Assembly: GCA_963748215.1 (NCBI GenBank)
Contig: CAVVHS010000006.1
Span: 384,001 to 448,000, forward strand
DNA: 64,000 nucleotides
Source of the DNA: an uncultured Gammaproteobacteria bacterium
GTDB taxonomy: Bacteria > Pseudomonadota > Gammaproteobacteria > UBA9214
Direction: 5' to 3'
This document shows, piece by piece, positions 9,059 to 20,280 of the stretch. How positions within the stretch are numbered: the stretch's first letter is position 1; each line of letters begins with the position of its first letter. The notes under the pieces are model-generated. The model ran no database searches and was not told the DNA's origin. It saw only the letters and a list, made by a program, of their open reading frames with translations. Position numbers and translations under genes: made by a program.

Positions 9059-11350
9059 ATGTATTTAATAACAATATCGTTTGTCATCGGGGTCTGCAGC
9101 CTGTTCTGGCTCAGCGCGCTGCCGGTCACGGCGGCCGCGCTGCTGCTGCCCGCGGCGCTGGCTGCGCTGCGCTGGCCAGGGCTGCGCCCGCCGGCACTGC
9201 TGGCACTGGGTTTTGCCTGGGCGGTATTGCATGCGGCCCAGGCCCAGTCGCCGGCGCTGGACCGGTCCGTCGAGGGGCGTACCGTCCTGGTCGAGGGCAC
9301 GGTCGCCAGTCTGCCGGATCGGCGCAGCGGTCGGTTGCAGCGCTTTATCTTCCACGTCGAACGCCTGGACGACGGGTCGGGCTGGAGCGACTTCGACGGC
9401 AAGGTCAGGCTGGGCTGGTACGGTGATGGCGGCGATCCCGATGCCGGTGAGCGCTGGCAACTTGCCGTGCGACTGAAGCGTCCGTACGGCATGGCCAACC
9501 CGGGCGCTTTCGATTATGAACGCTGGTTGTTCCAGCAGCGTATTCATGCCACGGGCTACGTGCGCGAGGATCCGCGTAACCGGCGCCTGTCGAAGGGGAG
9601 GCTGTCACCGATTGCCACCTACCGCATCCGCCTGCTGCGCGCCTTCGCCGTCGAGGGTGAGACGCCCGGTACGGCGTTCGTCCAGGCGCTGACCGTCGGC
9701 GAGCGCGGTGCGATCGGCGCCGCGCAGTGGCAGGTGCTCAACGCGACCGGCACCAGCCACCTGATGGCGATTTCCGGCCTGCATATCAGCCTGGTGGCCG
9801 GTCTGGGATTCTGGCTGGTACGGCGCGGCTGGCCGCATTTCGGTCCTGTGGCCAGCCGCCTGCCGGCGCCGCGTGCGGCGGCCATCGCTGCCATAACCGT
9901 CGCCGTGCTGTATGCCATGCTGGCCGGCTTCGGCATCCCGGCGCGGCGTGCCCTGGTGATGGTCTGTGTGCTGATGCTGGCCATTCTTTCCGATCGATAT
10001 TCATCCTTTGCACAGGTCATATGCCTGGCCGCGATGTGCACGCTGCTGCTGGATCCGCTGTCAGTACTGTCGGCCGGCTGGTGGCTGTCGTTCCAGGCGG
10101 TCATTATCATCGCCTGGCTGGCCACCGGACGCCACGGGATGCCGGGGCGGGGGCGCCGCATGCTCATGCACGTGGCGCTGGCGTTCTGTATGGTACCGAT
10201 GCTGTTGTTGTTTTTTCAGCAGGCCTCGCTGCTGGCCCCGATCGCGAACGTGATCGCCGTACCGTTCGTCGGCCTGCTGATCGTGCCGCTGGCCTTGCTG
10301 GGTTGTGTGCTGTTCGCCGTCAACGAGACGCTGGGTATGCAGCTGCTCGGGATGGCCGCGGATTTGCTGGAACTGGCCTGGCCCATGCTGGAATGGCTGG
10401 CCGGCACCGGCATGGCTGCCTGGACCCGACATCAACCGCCGGCGTGGACGGTGCTGCCTGCGCTGGCCGGACTGGCACTGCTGTTCATGCCGCGCGGCAT
10501 GCCCGGCCGCTGGGCCGGTGGTGTGTTGTTGCTGCCGATGCTGCTTGTGCACCCGCCAGCCCCGCCGCCGGGTGCGGCCTGGATTACTCTGCTGGATGTC
10601 GGGCAGGGTCTGTCGGCCGTGGTGCGGACGGCACGGCATACCCTCGTCTACGATACCGGTCCACGCTACAGCCCCGATTTCGACACCGGCCAGGCGGTGG
10701 TGATCCCGTTCCTGCGCCGGCAGGGTATAACCCGGCTCGATACCCTGGTGGTCAGTCACGGCGATAACGACCATATCGGTGGTGCCGATTCGCTGCTGGC
10801 CGCCTTTCCGGCGGATGCCGTCTACAGCAGCGTACCGGACCGGTTGCCGGGCGGTGGTGCGCTGCGCTGTCGAAAAGGCCAGCACTGGCAATGGGACGGC
10901 GTCTCGTTCACGCTGCTGCATCCGGAGCCGGCAGGCGGACTGAGCGGTAACAATAACTCCTGTGTGCTGCTCGTCGAGACGACGAACGGCCAGCGCCTGC
11001 TGTTGCCTGGCGATATCGAGCGCCCCGCGGAACGACGCCTGGTCGAAACACAGCGCGGCCGGCTGCCTGCACAGGTACTGGTGGCCCCACACCACGGCAG
11101 CGCCACGTCCTCGTCGCCGGCCTTTATCGAGGCTGTCGATCCGGATGTGGTGATAATCCCGGCAGCCTGGATGAATCGCTACCGCTTCCCGAAGCGTGAC
11201 GTGGTCGAACGCTACCGCGCCGCCGGTGCGCGGATACTGGACACCGGCCGCAGCGGCGCGCTCAGCGTCAAGCTTTCATCCTCGACAGCACAACCGGAGA
11301 TCGCCGTCTGGCGGGACCGGTACCGGCATGTCTGGAGCTGGCAGGAATAA
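9059..11350 (+). CDS. comEC: DNA uptake competence protein ComEC/Rec2
   Basis: NPGAFDYE, TGTSHLMAISGLH, LDVGQG, SHGDNDH and PHHGS metallo-beta-lactamase motifs. Confidence 0.95.
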   Translation: MYLITISFVIGVCSLFWLSALPVTAAALLLPAALAALRWPGLRPPALLALGFAWAVLHAAQAQSPALDRSVEGRTVLVEGTVASLPDRRSGRLQRFIFHVERLDDGSGWSDFDGKVRLGWYGDGGDPDAGERWQLAVRLKRPYGMANPGAFDYERWLFQQRIHATGYVREDPRNRRLSKGRLSPIATYRIRLLRAFAVEGETPGTAFVQALTVGERGAIGAAQWQVLNATGTSHLMAISGLHISLVAGLGFWLVRRGWPHFGPVASRLPAPRAAAIAAITVAVLYAMLAGFGIPARRALVMVCVLMLAILSDRYSSFAQVICLAAMCTLLLDPLSVLSAGWWLSFQAVIIIAWLATGRHGMPGRGRRMLMHVALAFCMVPMLLLFFQQASLLAPIANVIAVPFVGLLIVPLALLGCVLFAVNETLGMQLLGMAADLLELAWPMLEWLAGTGMAAWTRHQPPAWTVLPALAGLALLFMPRGMPGRWAGGVLLLPMLLVHPPAPPPGAAWITLLDVGQGLSAVVRTARHTLVYDTGPRYSPDFDTGQAVVIPFLRRQGITRLDTLVVSHGDNDHIGGADSLLAAFPADAVYSSVPDRLPGGGALRCRKGQHWQWDGVSFTLLHPEPAGGLSGNNNSCVLLVETTNGQRLLLPGDIERPAERRLVETQRGRLPAQVLVAPHHGSATSSSPAFIEAVDPDVVIIPAAWMNRYRFPKRDVVERYRAAGARILDTGRSGALSVKLSSSTAQPEIAVWRDRYRHVWSWQE

Positions 11351-11437
11351 CCTGCAGTATTGTTTGGCTGTGGTTGCAAATACAGTATGATTCGCTGCGG
11401 CTGGTGATTACACAACTGTACAAAGGATGGTGATGGT

Positions 11438-12058
11438 GTGCTGGAACTGGTAGAAGCTGGCGGCTGGCTGATGCTGCCCATTATCGCGTGTTCGGTGATT
11501 GCGATGGCAATCATAGCCGAACGCCTCTGGTCATTGCGGGTAGGCCGGGTCCTGCCCAAGCACCTGGTCGCGCAGGTATGGCGCTGGGAGAAGATCAACC
11601 AGCTTGATGACCAGCACATGAAAGAACTGCAGGCCAGTTCGCCGCTGGGCGCCATCCTTGCGGCCGGTATCATCAATCGCGACAAGAGTCGCGATTATAT
11701 GAATGAGAGCATCGAGGATACCGGGCGGCACGTAGTACACGAACTCGAGCGCTTCCTGAACTCCCTGGGTACGATCGCTGCCATCACGCCGCTGCTGGGA
11801 CTGCTCGGCACCGTGATCGGCATGATCAAGGTGTTCGCCACCATCACCACGCAGGGCGTGGGCGATCCCGGTGCGCTGGCAGGAGGCATCTCCGAGGCAC
11901 TCATCACCACGGCGGCCGGTTTGTCGGTCGCCATTCCGACACTGATGTTCTACCGCTATTTTCGCGGGCGTGTCAGGATGCTGGTGCTGCGCATGGAAAA
12001 GGAAGCCATGCTGATGGTCGAGATCATGCACGGCACCCACAAACGGCGCGACGACTAG
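11438..12058 (+). CDS. exbB: MotA/TolQ/ExbB proton channel protein
   Basis: GTG start; LGTIAAITPLLGLLGTVIGMI, GISEALITTAAGL. Confidence 0.9.
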   Translation: MLELVEAGGWLMLPIIACSVIAMAIIAERLWSLRVGRVLPKHLVAQVWRWEKINQLDDQHMKELQASSPLGAILAAGIINRDKSRDYMNESIEDTGRHVVHELERFLNSLGTIAAITPLLGLLGTVIGMIKVFATITTQGVGDPGALAGGISEALITTAAGLSVAIPTLMFYRYFRGRVRMLVLRMEKEAMLMVEIMHGTHKRRDD

Positions 12059-12070
12059 GAGGGTGTACGC

Positions 12071-12490
12071 ATGAACCTGCAGCCAGGCAGCGAGGACGAA
12101 CCCGATGTCAACCTGACACCGCTGATCGACGTGGTGTTCCTGTTGCTGATTTTCTTCATGGTGTCGACCACCTTCGAACAGCAGTCCCGCATCCAGATCG
12201 AACTGCCCGAGGCAACGGCCGATGCGACAGCGCAGGAGGACGACACGCTGGAAATCCTGGTCGACGCGCAGGGGCGCTACTTCATTGGCGACCAGCAGGT
12301 CATCAACTCGGAACTCAAGACACTGAAGACCGCGATTCGCAAGGCGGCAGGCAACCGAGGCGAACTGCCCGTGACCATACGCGCTGACGCGAACACCCCG
12401 CACCAGGCCGTGATCCGGGTGCTGGATGCGACCAGCCAGCTGGGCCTGACGCATATTTCGCTGGCGACATCGAAAATCGAGGAACAGTAA
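12071..12490 (+). CDS. exbD: ExbD/TolR biopolymer transport protein
   Basis: NLTPLIDVVFLLLIFFMV, IRAD. Confidence 0.92.
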   Translation: MNLQPGSEDEPDVNLTPLIDVVFLLLIFFMVSTTFEQQSRIQIELPEATADATAQEDDTLEILVDAQGRYFIGDQQVINSELKTLKTAIRKAAGNRGELPVTIRADANTPHQAVIRVLDATSQLGLTHISLATSKIEEQ

Positions 12491-12502
12491 GCGCATCACC
12501 AG

Positions 12503-13537
12503 ATGAAGGGCCTTAACTATTACTGGTATTCGCGTAGCCCCTGGCTCGTCCTGCTGACACCCCTGTCACTGCTGTTTCGTATCCTCGTCCGGCTGCGGCG
12601 GTCAGCCTATCGCACGGGCCTGCTGCGCAGTCACCGCATCGAGGCACCGGTCATTGTGGTCGGCAATATTACCGTTGGCGGCACCGGCAAGACCCCGCTG
12701 GTGGCCTGGCTTGCCGGTTATCTCGGGGAGCAGGGTTTCAAGCCCGGCATTGTCGCGCGCGGGTACGGGGGCAGGGCGGCATCGTGGCCGCAACAGGTGC
12801 GTGCTGACAGCGATCCTGCCGTGGTCGGCGACGAGGCCGTGCTGCTGGCCAACCTGACAGGCTGTCCGCTGGCAGTCGGTCCCGATCGCGTGGCCACGGC
12901 CGAGGCACTGATCAAGTACAATGACTGTAACCTGGTCATCAGCGACGACGGACTGCAGCATTATGCCCTGCGGCGCGATATCGAAATCATCGTGATCGAC
13001 GGGGTGCGCCGCTTCGGTGTCGGTTTCATGCTGCCGGCCGGGCCGCTGCGTGAACCGGTCAGCCGCTTGCGCGAGGCGGACCTGCTGGTGGTCAACGGTA
13101 TCGGTGGCGCGGGTGAATACCCCATGAAGCTGAAATCGGGTGACGTGCATAACCTGCGCGATGACAGCGTGATGAAAAAACTGTCGGATTTCAGGGGCGG
13201 CAAAGTGCACGCCGTGGCCGGGATCGGCAACCCGGAGCGGTTTTTCCAGTCCCTGCGTCAGGTCGTCCGCCACGTCGATGAGCATGCATTTCCGGACCAT
13301 CATCGCTACCGGGCCGGTGATCTGCGTTTTGATGATGATGCGCCGGTACTCATGACAGCGAAGGATGCGGTCAAGTGTCGCCGATTTGCCAGCGGCAACG
13401 AATGGTATATTCCGGTCAGGGCCGAAATGTCGAGGGATTTTCAGGCGCGGCTGAATGCGTTGCTGGAGTCTCGCGGTTGTCGTGCGGAGATATGTGCTGC
13501 AGGCGCAGATTTGCCACCAGGAGTACAATGTGGATAA
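12503..13537 (+). CDS. lpxK: Tetraacyldisaccharide 4'-kinase
   Basis: [46 protein letters not shown]. Confidence 0.95.
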   Translation: MKGLNYYWYSRSPWLVLLTPLSLLFRILVRLRRSAYRTGLLRSHRIEAPVIVVGNITVGGTGKTPLVAWLAGYLGEQGFKPGIVARGYGGRAASWPQQVRADSDPAVVGDEAVLLANLTGCPLAVGPDRVATAEALIKYNDCNLVISDDGLQHYALRRDIEIIVIDGVRRFGVGFMLPAGPLREPVSRLREADLLVVNGIGGAGEYPMKLKSGDVHNLRDDSVMKKLSDFRGGKVHAVAGIGNPERFFQSLRQVVRHVDEHAFPDHHRYRAGDLRFDDDAPVLMTAKDAVKCRRFASGNEWYIPVRAEMSRDFQARLNALLESRGCRAEICAAGADLPPGVQCG

Positions 13538-13709
13538 AAAATTGCTGGATATTCTTGCCTGCCCTGTATGCAAGGGGGCGCTGCTTTATCGCAAGGATGA
13601 AGAGGAACTGGTTTGCAAGGTCGACCGGCTGGCGTACCCGATCAGGAACGATATACCCGTCATGCTGGTCGACGAGGCCAGGCAACTCGCCGCTGACGAG
13701 GAAGTCTGA
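13530..13709 (+). CDS. ycaR: Trm112/YcaR family protein
   Basis: GTG start after GGAG; [16 protein letters not shown]...[13 protein letters not shown]; usual position between lpxK and kdsB. Confidence 0.9.
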   Translation: MDKKLLDILACPVCKGALLYRKDEEELVCKVDRLAYPIRNDIPVMLVDEARQLAADEEV

Positions 13710-13717
13710 ATTTTCGC

Positions 13718-14473
13718 ATGGCCGGTACCGGGTTCAGGGTCATCATACCCGCACGCTATGCCTCGACCCGGCTGCCCGGCAAGCCACTGCTGCCGATCGC
13801 CGGGCGTCCCATGCTGCAGCACGTGTATGAGCGGGCGCTGGCGTGCGGTGCAAGTGATGTTGTGATCGCCACGGATGATGAACGCATTGCGCAGGTCGCA
13901 GCCGGGTTCGGCGCACCCGTGTGCATGACCGCGATCGACCATGCATCAGGCACCGAGCGTCTCGCCGAGGTGGTGGAACTGCACGGCTGGTCCGCGGACA
14001 GCATCGTGGTGAACGTCCAGGGTGACGAGCCACTGATCGAGCCGGCGCTGATACGGCAGGTCGCGGACGATCTTGCCGCTTACCCGGAGGCCGCCATGGC
14101 AACGCTGGCCTATCCGCTTGCATCGCCTGCCATGCTGAACGACCCGAATGTGGTGAAGGTTGTGCTCGACAGGGAAGGTTATGCCCTGTATTTCAGTCGT
14201 GCACCGATTCCATTCGTTCGTGATGCGGCTGCGGGCGATGGCGCCGAAGGCTTGCGTCACATCGGCCTGTACGGCTACCGGGCCGGCTTCCTTGGCCGTT
14301 ACCGTCAGCTCGAGACCGCCCCCTGCGAACAACTGGAGAAGCTTGAGCAGTTGCGCGTGCTGTGGCACGGCATGAAGATCCACGTCAGTATCGCTGCGCG
14401 CATGCCCGGTCCCGGCGTCGATACCCATGAAGACCTGCAGCGGGTCGAGGGCCTGATGGCTGACGCCGGGTGA
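13718..14473 (+). CDS. kdsB: 3-deoxy-manno-octulosonate cytidylyltransferase
   Basis: [43 protein letters not shown]. Confidence 0.96.
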   Translation: MAGTGFRVIIPARYASTRLPGKPLLPIAGRPMLQHVYERALACGASDVVIATDDERIAQVAAGFGAPVCMTAIDHASGTERLAEVVELHGWSADSIVVNVQGDEPLIEPALIRQVADDLAAYPEAAMATLAYPLASPAMLNDPNVVKVVLDREGYALYFSRAPIPFVRDAAAGDGAEGLRHIGLYGYRAGFLGRYRQLETAPCEQLEKLEQLRVLWHGMKIHVSIAARMPGPGVDTHEDLQRVEGLMADAG

Positions 14474-14490
14474 GCGCCGCAGGTGTGTCG

Positions 14491-14907
14491 CTACAGCCGC
14501 CCGGTCTGCGAGGCGACCTGTTGCATGTAGTTTTCGATGCCGCGGATATCGGTATCGCGCAAGGCAATGAACTGGGCGCCGACTGTGAAGCTGTCCTGGG
14601 ACAGACGTTCGGTATAGATGAGCCGGGCCTGTGCCCGGACCGACAGGGGTTTCTTTCTGCCCGCAGCGTGCAACTGGAAATATATCTCGATTTCGACACC
14701 GCTGACCTGTCCGGGGATTCTCTGGTCTTCCGGCAGCAGCAGGTTGAATACCGCGCGATTGCAGGTGAATTTCAGGCCACCCGCCGACAGGTTGATAATG
14801 ATGACGTTTTTTCTGTTCCCACCGACCGGGCGCACCTGGCAGGGTATCTCGGTGGTGATCCGTTCATGTTCGCGGTCAATCCAGAAATGCTGTTTATTTG
14901 TCGCCAT
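14491..14907 (-). CDS. PilZ-domain protein
   Basis: DREHER (RxxxR) and NLSAGG ((D/N)xSxxG) c-di-GMP motifs, C-terminal GAQF; start placed at MATNKQ. Confidence 0.8.
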   Translation of the reverse strand: MATNKQHFWIDREHERITTEIPCQVRPVGGNRKNVIIINLSAGGLKFTCNRAVFNLLLPEDQRIPGQVSGVEIEIYFQLHAAGRKKPLSVRAQARLIYTERLSQDSFTVGAQFIALRDTDIRGIENYMQQVASQTGRL

Positions 14908-15158
14908 TGTTATCCTGGAGCCGGCTCTGGCTGTCACTGTAACGCGCATCTCATGGCGCGTGCATCATAGTATGTTAAGCGTACGGTGTCATAATATAGA
15001 GCGTCCGAAGCCGGGCCATAAGCGGCGCGCAACACCGCCGGAGGGTGGTTTGCGGGAGCGACGGAGTGCCTGTCAGGTGTAACAAGGTCGTGGGTGTTGA
15101 TTATTTGACGCACATTTAAACAATAACTTGGTAATATTTCAATGACTCTGGATTATCC

Positions 15159-15923
15159 ATGAAAAGCTACATAAAGGAATTGCTGTACCTGGTGCTGTGG
15201 ATTTTAGCCGGCTGTTTGCTGATGCCGCCGGTTTTCTGGTGGCTGGGCAGCCAGGGAATCCTGACTGTACCCGATATGGAGTTCGGGACGCTGCGGGCAA
15301 CCTACCTGGATGTCGTCGCCAGACTGCGCGAGCCGCTGTGGCTGATTGCCATGAGCTTTCCTTATCTGATCTTCAGCGCGGTGCGGATGTTGCGCGGGAG
15401 TCTGGGCCCGTCAGGGTCGACCGAGCTGGGCCTCGCCGTGACCCGGGGCGAACCGGCCCTGGTGCAGCAACTCATCGAGCAGGGACAGGACCTGAACCAG
15501 GGCAATGCCGCCGGTGAAACGCCCTTGCACCTTGCAGTCATGCGCGGTGACATGAGCATGACCTGGATGTTGCTGGAGGGCGGGGCCGATTTCAACGCAA
15601 CCGATCAGGCGGTCGGTTACAGTCCGCTGCAAATCGCCGCGTTGCAGGGACACAGTGAAATCTGTGAAGCGTTGATTCGCTACGGCGCCGGTGTGGATGC
15701 ACTGACCTCAAGGCATGAAACGGCCCTGCATCTGGCAGCACGGGCCGGGCATGGCGCGGTCGTAGCGGTATTGCTTAAGTACCGGACCAATACCGGTATC
15801 AGAAACAACGCGGGACAGACGGCACGGCAGATCGCGGAACAGCAAGGGCATGTCGAACTGGTCAGCCTGATGGATCAGCACGCCAGCAGTGAGTGGCCCT
15901 ATCTCAGATTGTCGAATGGCTGA
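15159..15923 (+). CDS. Membrane-anchored ankyrin-repeat protein
   Basis: Two N-terminal hydrophobic helices, then GETPLHLA, GYSPLQIA, ETALHLA, GQTA ankyrin repeats. Confidence 0.85.
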   Translation: MKSYIKELLYLVLWILAGCLLMPPVFWWLGSQGILTVPDMEFGTLRATYLDVVARLREPLWLIAMSFPYLIFSAVRMLRGSLGPSGSTELGLAVTRGEPALVQQLIEQGQDLNQGNAAGETPLHLAVMRGDMSMTWMLLEGGADFNATDQAVGYSPLQIAALQGHSEICEALIRYGAGVDALTSRHETALHLAARAGHGAVVAVLLKYRTNTGIRNNAGQTARQIAEQQGHVELVSLMDQHASSEWPYLRLSNG

Positions 15924-15973
15924 CGGTCGTTCATCGCTCAAACAGTTTTTCAAACTCCTGTATATTACGTGCC

Positions 15974-16456
15974 ATGGAAACTGTAAAAGTCCTGTTTGTC
16001 TGCATGGGCAATATCTGTCGTTCTCCGACAGCGCAGGGTGTGTTCACCCGGCATGTCGAGGAGACGAACCTGTCCGATGTCATACTGATCGATTCGGCCG
16101 GCACCCATGCCTATCATGTCGGTGAGCCGCCGGACAGCCGGGCGAGCGCCGCCGCGCTGCGCCGCGGCATCGACCTGTCCAGTCAGAAGGCACGCCGGGT
16201 GCAGGAGGCGGATTTCGAAGTATTCGATTATGTGCTGGCAATGGACCAGAGCAATTACGAGGCTCTCGCGAGCCTCTGCCTGCCTGAACAGCGTTCCAGG
16301 CTGCACCTGTTCCTGGACTTCGCCCCCGAACTGGGTACCCGTGATGTCCCCGATCCCTACTATGGCGGCACGACCGGCTTCGAACGGGTACTGGACCTGA
16401 TCGATGCGGCGTCAATCGGCTTGCTGGCGAACATCCGCAAGCAGCACGGAATCTGA
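15974..16456 (+). CDS. Low-molecular-weight protein-tyrosine phosphatase
   Basis: VLFVCMGNICRSP, DSAGT, VPDPYYG. Confidence 0.93.
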   Translation: METVKVLFVCMGNICRSPTAQGVFTRHVEETNLSDVILIDSAGTHAYHVGEPPDSRASAAALRRGIDLSSQKARRVQEADFEVFDYVLAMDQSNYEALASLCLPEQRSRLHLFLDFAPELGTRDVPDPYYGGTTGFERVLDLIDAASIGLLANIRKQHGI

Positions 16457-16466
16457 CACCCGGCCG

Positions 16467-18863
16467 TTATTCGGCGGCCACCTTTGCCTTGGGTTGTTCG
16501 GGAGGCGTACCGGAATCGCCGCCGCTGTTGTCGTGTGCGGCCGGTGGTTTCGGCTGCGACGGTTCCCTGGTTGCGGGTGCGTCGCCGGCCGGTTTCTTCG
16601 CGGCCTCGGTTGTCGGTGACGTGGCATTAGCAGCAGCGGTGCGGGCCCCGGATGTCTCGCGCGTGTTGCCACTGCCTGTGGCGGCCGCTGCAGCACCCGA
16701 TGTGCGCTTGCCATCCTCGGTGCCGGTTGAAGTCTTTTCCTTCGAATCACTCGCCGCAGGCGCGTTGCCGGATGCGGCCTGGTTACCTGCAGTGCCCGCT
16801 GCGTTATCCTGGGTGCGGGTTTGTGTGCTGCGCCGGCGCCCGCCGCGGCGCCCGCGCCGGGAACTGCGTCGCGGTGTCGTCTGGCTGTCGTCCTGCGCGG
16901 GAGTGCCTGACTCTGCGGCTTGTGCATCGGGCTTGACTGCAGGCTGCGCGGTTTTCCGGGTGTCGCCCTGGCGTGCCTGGGCGGTCTTGCCCTGGCGGCT
17001 GGTGCGGCTGCCCTGGCGTTCATCCGGCCGCCGGCCGGTGCTGCGCCGGCTGCTGCTGCCGCTGCGGGTGCCATCGCGGCCGCTCTCACGCTGACGTGTG
17101 ACCGGGCGGCTGCGTTCCGTTTCGCGCTGGCCACCTTGCTTCGGCTGTTCCGTATCACCGCTGCTGCCGAACAGGCTGCCGAATACCCGTTTCAGCAGGC
17201 CGGGTTTCGCTTCTGCCCCGGGTGCTGCCGGTACCGGAGCGGGAGCCGGTGCGGGTGTTGGCGGCGCCACGGACTGCACGGCAGGTACTTCCGCTTCCGC
17301 CCGTACCTCCTCAAACGGCGCCTGAGTCTCGACGTCCTCACGTGTCAGCGCCAGGTCGTAGCTGGCCTGCTGCCGTACGGTGCCGACCTCGTCGGCGCGG
17401 ATACGCTGGATATCGAAATTCGGTGTTTCGAGTGCCGGTGTCGGGATCAGCATGACAGCAATCTTGTGACGTGCTTCCAGCATCGCCAGCAGGTCGCGCT
17501 TTTCGTTGAGCAGGAAGGTGCCGACATCGACCGGTACGTGTGCGATCACGCGTGCCGTGTTCTCCTTCATGACTTCTTCCTCGATCACGCGCAGTACGGA
17601 CAGCGACAGTGATTCGACACCGCGAATGGTGCCCTGGCCGGTGCAGCGCGGGCAGACGATCTGGCTGGATTCGCCGAGCGACGGTCGCAGGCGCTGACGT
17701 GACATCTCCAGCAGGCCGAAGCGCGAGATGCGGCCGATCTGAACCCGCGCGCGGTCCAGCTTGAGGGCGTCGCGCAGGCGGTTCTCCACTTCGCGCAAGT
17801 TGCGCGCCGGCTGCATGTCGATGAAATCGATCACTACCAGGCCACCAAGATCACGGATGCGCAGCTGGCGGGCGACTTCGTCGGCCGCCTCCAGGTTGGT
17901 GTTCAGGGCAGTTTCCTCGATATCGCCACCCTTGGTGGCGCGCGCCGAGTTCACGTCGATCGCGATCAGTGCCTCGGTGTGGTCGATGACCACCGCGCCG
18001 CCGGATGGCAGGCGCACCTCGCGCTTGAAGGCGGACTCGATCTGGGACTCGATCTGGAAGCGGTTGAACAGGGGGATGGTTTCCTGGTAAAGCTTCAGCT
18101 TGCTCAGGTTGTGCGGCATTACCCGTTCCATGAATTCCTTGGCCGTCTCGATGACTTCATTGCTGTCGATGAGGATTTCGGCAACGTCGTTGCGCAGGTA
18201 GTCGCGCAGGGCGCGGATGATGACGTTGCTTTCCTGGTACACCAGAAACGGGGCGGGGCGTTCGGTGGCTGCGCTCTCGATGACACTCCACAGGTGGGTC
18301 AGGTAGTCGAGATCCCACTGCAGTTCCTCGCTGCTGCGCCCGATGCCGGCGGTTCGCACGATCACGCCCATGCCCTCCGGGATGTTCATGGCGGCCATGG
18401 CCTCACGCACCAGGTCGCGATCCTCGCCCTGGATGCGCCGTGACACGCCACCGGCGCGCGGGTTGTTTGGCATCAGCACCATGTAGCGGCCGGCCAGGCT
18501 GATGAAAGTGGTCAGTGCGGCACCCTTGTTACCGCGCTCTTCCTTTTCGACCTGCACCACCAGTTCCTGGCCTTCGTGGAGGGCATCCTTGATGCTGAGC
18601 CGGCCGCCCGCCTCGCGTGCGGATTCACTGAAATAGCTGCGTGCGATTTCCTTCAGCGGCAGGAAACCGTGCCGGTTGCCGCCGTAATCGATGAAGGCCG
18701 CCTCGAGACTGGGCTCGATGCGGGTTATCTTTCCCTTGTAGACATTGGACTTTTTCTGCCCGCGGGCGGGGACTTCTATATCAAGGTCGTAGAGTTTCTG
18801 GCCATCGACCATGGCAACACGCAATTCTTCGGGCTGCGTGGTGTTGATAAGCATTCTTTTCAT
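16467..18863 (-). CDS. rne: Ribonuclease E
   Basis: [16 protein letters not shown]1 domain, [22 protein letters not shown] zinc link, disordered Arg-rich C-terminus ([12 protein letters not shown]). Confidence 0.96.
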   Translation of the reverse strand: MKRMLINTTQPEELRVAMVDGQKLYDLDIEVPARGQKKSNVYKGKITRIEPSLEAAFIDYGGNRHGFLPLKEIARSYFSESAREAGGRLSIKDALHEGQELVVQVEKEERGNKGAALTTFISLAGRYMVLMPNNPRAGGVSRRIQGEDRDLVREAMAAMNIPEGMGVIVRTAGIGRSSEELQWDLDYLTHLWSVIESAATERPAPFLVYQESNVIIRALRDYLRNDVAEILIDSNEVIETAKEFMERVMPHNLSKLKLYQETIPLFNRFQIESQIESAFKREVRLPSGGAVVIDHTEALIAIDVNSARATKGGDIEETALNTNLEAADEVARQLRIRDLGGLVVIDFIDMQPARNLREVENRLRDALKLDRARVQIGRISRFGLLEMSRQRLRPSLGESSQIVCPRCTGQGTIRGVESLSLSVLRVIEEEVMKENTARVIAHVPVDVGTFLLNEKRDLLAMLEARHKIAVMLIPTPALETPNFDIQRIRADEVGTVRQQASYDLALTREDVETQAPFEEVRAEAEVPAVQSVAPPTPAPAPAPVPAAPGAEAKPGLLKRVFGSLFGSSGDTEQPKQGGQRETERSRPVTRQRESGRDGTRSGSSSRRSTGRRPDERQGSRTSRQGKTAQARQGDTRKTAQPAVKPDAQAAESGTPAQDDSQTTPRRSSRRGRRGGRRRSTQTRTQDNAAGTAGNQAASGNAPAASDSKEKTSTGTEDGKRTSGAAAAATGSGNTRETSGARTAAANATSPTTEAAKKPAGDAPATREPSQPKPPAAHDNSGGDSGTPPEQPKAKVAAE

Positions 18864-19230
18864 GTTTTTTGTCTCTGTTGCGCTCGACCCGGTCACGCCG
18901 CAACCTTACCGGCCGGCTGGCCGGTACCGCGACACGCAGCCAGCCGGTACGGGGTATCGTGATACCCGCCAGCAGTGCCAGACTGTACGTGACGAACAGT
19001 AGTTCTACGTATTCCATGGGAGCGATTGTCATTAATCAGGATTTCTACAGCATCATGCTGAACAACTATGGAGATGCCTGGCCGGTATTGCGCCCACCAT
19101 CACCATAAATAAACAGGTAACTTCGGCAATCGCCGGGCAGGCGTGCTGCCGGCCCGTAGCCTTCGCCGAGGCTGAACTATAGCAATGTTACCGAGCGCCC
19201 GCAAACAACTTCAACTGATACAAACAGGTG
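18864..19230 (-). promoter_or_regulatory. Long rne leader / rne-rluC divergent promoter region, probably structured
   Basis: About 370-bp intergenic region with GC-rich inverted repeats (e.g. TACCGGCCGGCTGGCCGGTA); rne leaders are autoregulatory in other gammaproteobacteria (inference). Confidence 0.4.
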
Positions 19231-19278
19231 ATTCCCTGTACAATTTCCGGTTGGAACCACAGACCCATGCGACATGAC

Positions 19279-20235
19279 ATGACACAATCCGACAGCGGCA
19301 ACCGCCCGCGCGCCCGCCTGGTCAGCGTCAGTGCCGACGAGGCCGGGCAGCGCATTGACAACTTTCTGGCGCGTCATCTCAAGGGCGTGCCGAAGAGCCA
19401 TATCTACCGCATTCTGCGCCGTGGCGAGGTGCGCGTGAACAGCGGTCGCATCCAGGCGCGTTACAAGGTCTGCGCGGGCGATAACGTGCGCATCCCGCCG
19501 GTACGGGTGGCGGAGCCGGCCGAAAATGCGCCAGCCGGCCGCCACGCGCCGCCCCTGGCGCCGTATATCCTGTTCGAAAATGCGCGCTGCCTGGTCATCA
19601 ACAAGCCGGCCGGCATGGCGGTGCACGGCGGCAGCGGTCTCAGCTTCGGCGTGATCGAGGCGCTGCGCGCCGAACGTCCCGATGCACCCTTCCTGGAACT
19701 TGCTCACCGCCTCGATCGCGAGACCTCGGGCTGCCTGCTGCTGGCCAGGCGACGCAGTTTCCTGCGCGCCTTCCACGAGCAGCTGCGTGCGGGAACGGTC
19801 CGCAAGGTCTATGTGGCGTTGCTGGCCGGTCACTGGGAGGGCGGTGCGCGCCGCGTGGATGTGCCGCTGCGCAAGAACCAGCTGCGCGGTGGCGAACGCA
19901 TGGTGCAGGTCGATACCCAGGGCAAGCAGGCGCTGTCGGTGTTCACGCCGCGGGTCCGCTATCCGGATGCGACCCTGGTGGAGGTCGAGCTGCTGACCGG
20001 GCGCACCCACCAGATCCGCGTGCATGCCGCCCATATCGGCCACCCGCTGGCCGGTGACGAGAAATACGGCGACCGGGCGTTCAACCAGGTGATGCGTGAA
20101 CGCGGCCTGCGCCGCATGTTCCTGCATGCAAGCCGCCTGACGTTCACCGACCCCGCAAACGATGAGGAAATCGTCATCGAGGCACCACTCGACCACACGC
20201 TGCAGACTGTTCTCGACCGCCTTGAGACGTCATAA
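19279..20235 (+). CDS. rluC: 23S rRNA pseudouridine synthase RluC
   Basis: S4 domain GQRIDNFL, NKPAGMAVHGGSG, HRLDRETSG, TGRTHQIRVH; divergent from rne. Confidence 0.95.
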   Translation: MTQSDSGNRPRARLVSVSADEAGQRIDNFLARHLKGVPKSHIYRILRRGEVRVNSGRIQARYKVCAGDNVRIPPVRVAEPAENAPAGRHAPPLAPYILFENARCLVINKPAGMAVHGGSGLSFGVIEALRAERPDAPFLELAHRLDRETSGCLLLARRRSFLRAFHEQLRAGTVRKVYVALLAGHWEGGARRVDVPLRKNQLRGGERMVQVDTQGKQALSVFTPRVRYPDATLVEVELLTGRTHQIRVHAAHIGHPLAGDEKYGDRAFNQVMRERGLRRMFLHASRLTFTDPANDEEIVIEAPLDHTLQTVLDRLETS

Positions 20236-20280
20236 TCCTCACTCGTATTTTTCACACGTCGTAACCACGGCCCGACCCGC

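Noticed and set aside
7262-11095. Long antisense or alternate-frame ORFs (e.g. 7262-8566, 9727-10767, 10061-11095), with similar ones across the window
   Set aside because: Shadow ORFs of real genes, typical of GC-rich DNA
16467-17300. Low-complexity Ala/Thr/Arg-rich stretch
   Set aside because: Normal disordered C-terminal scaffold of RNase E
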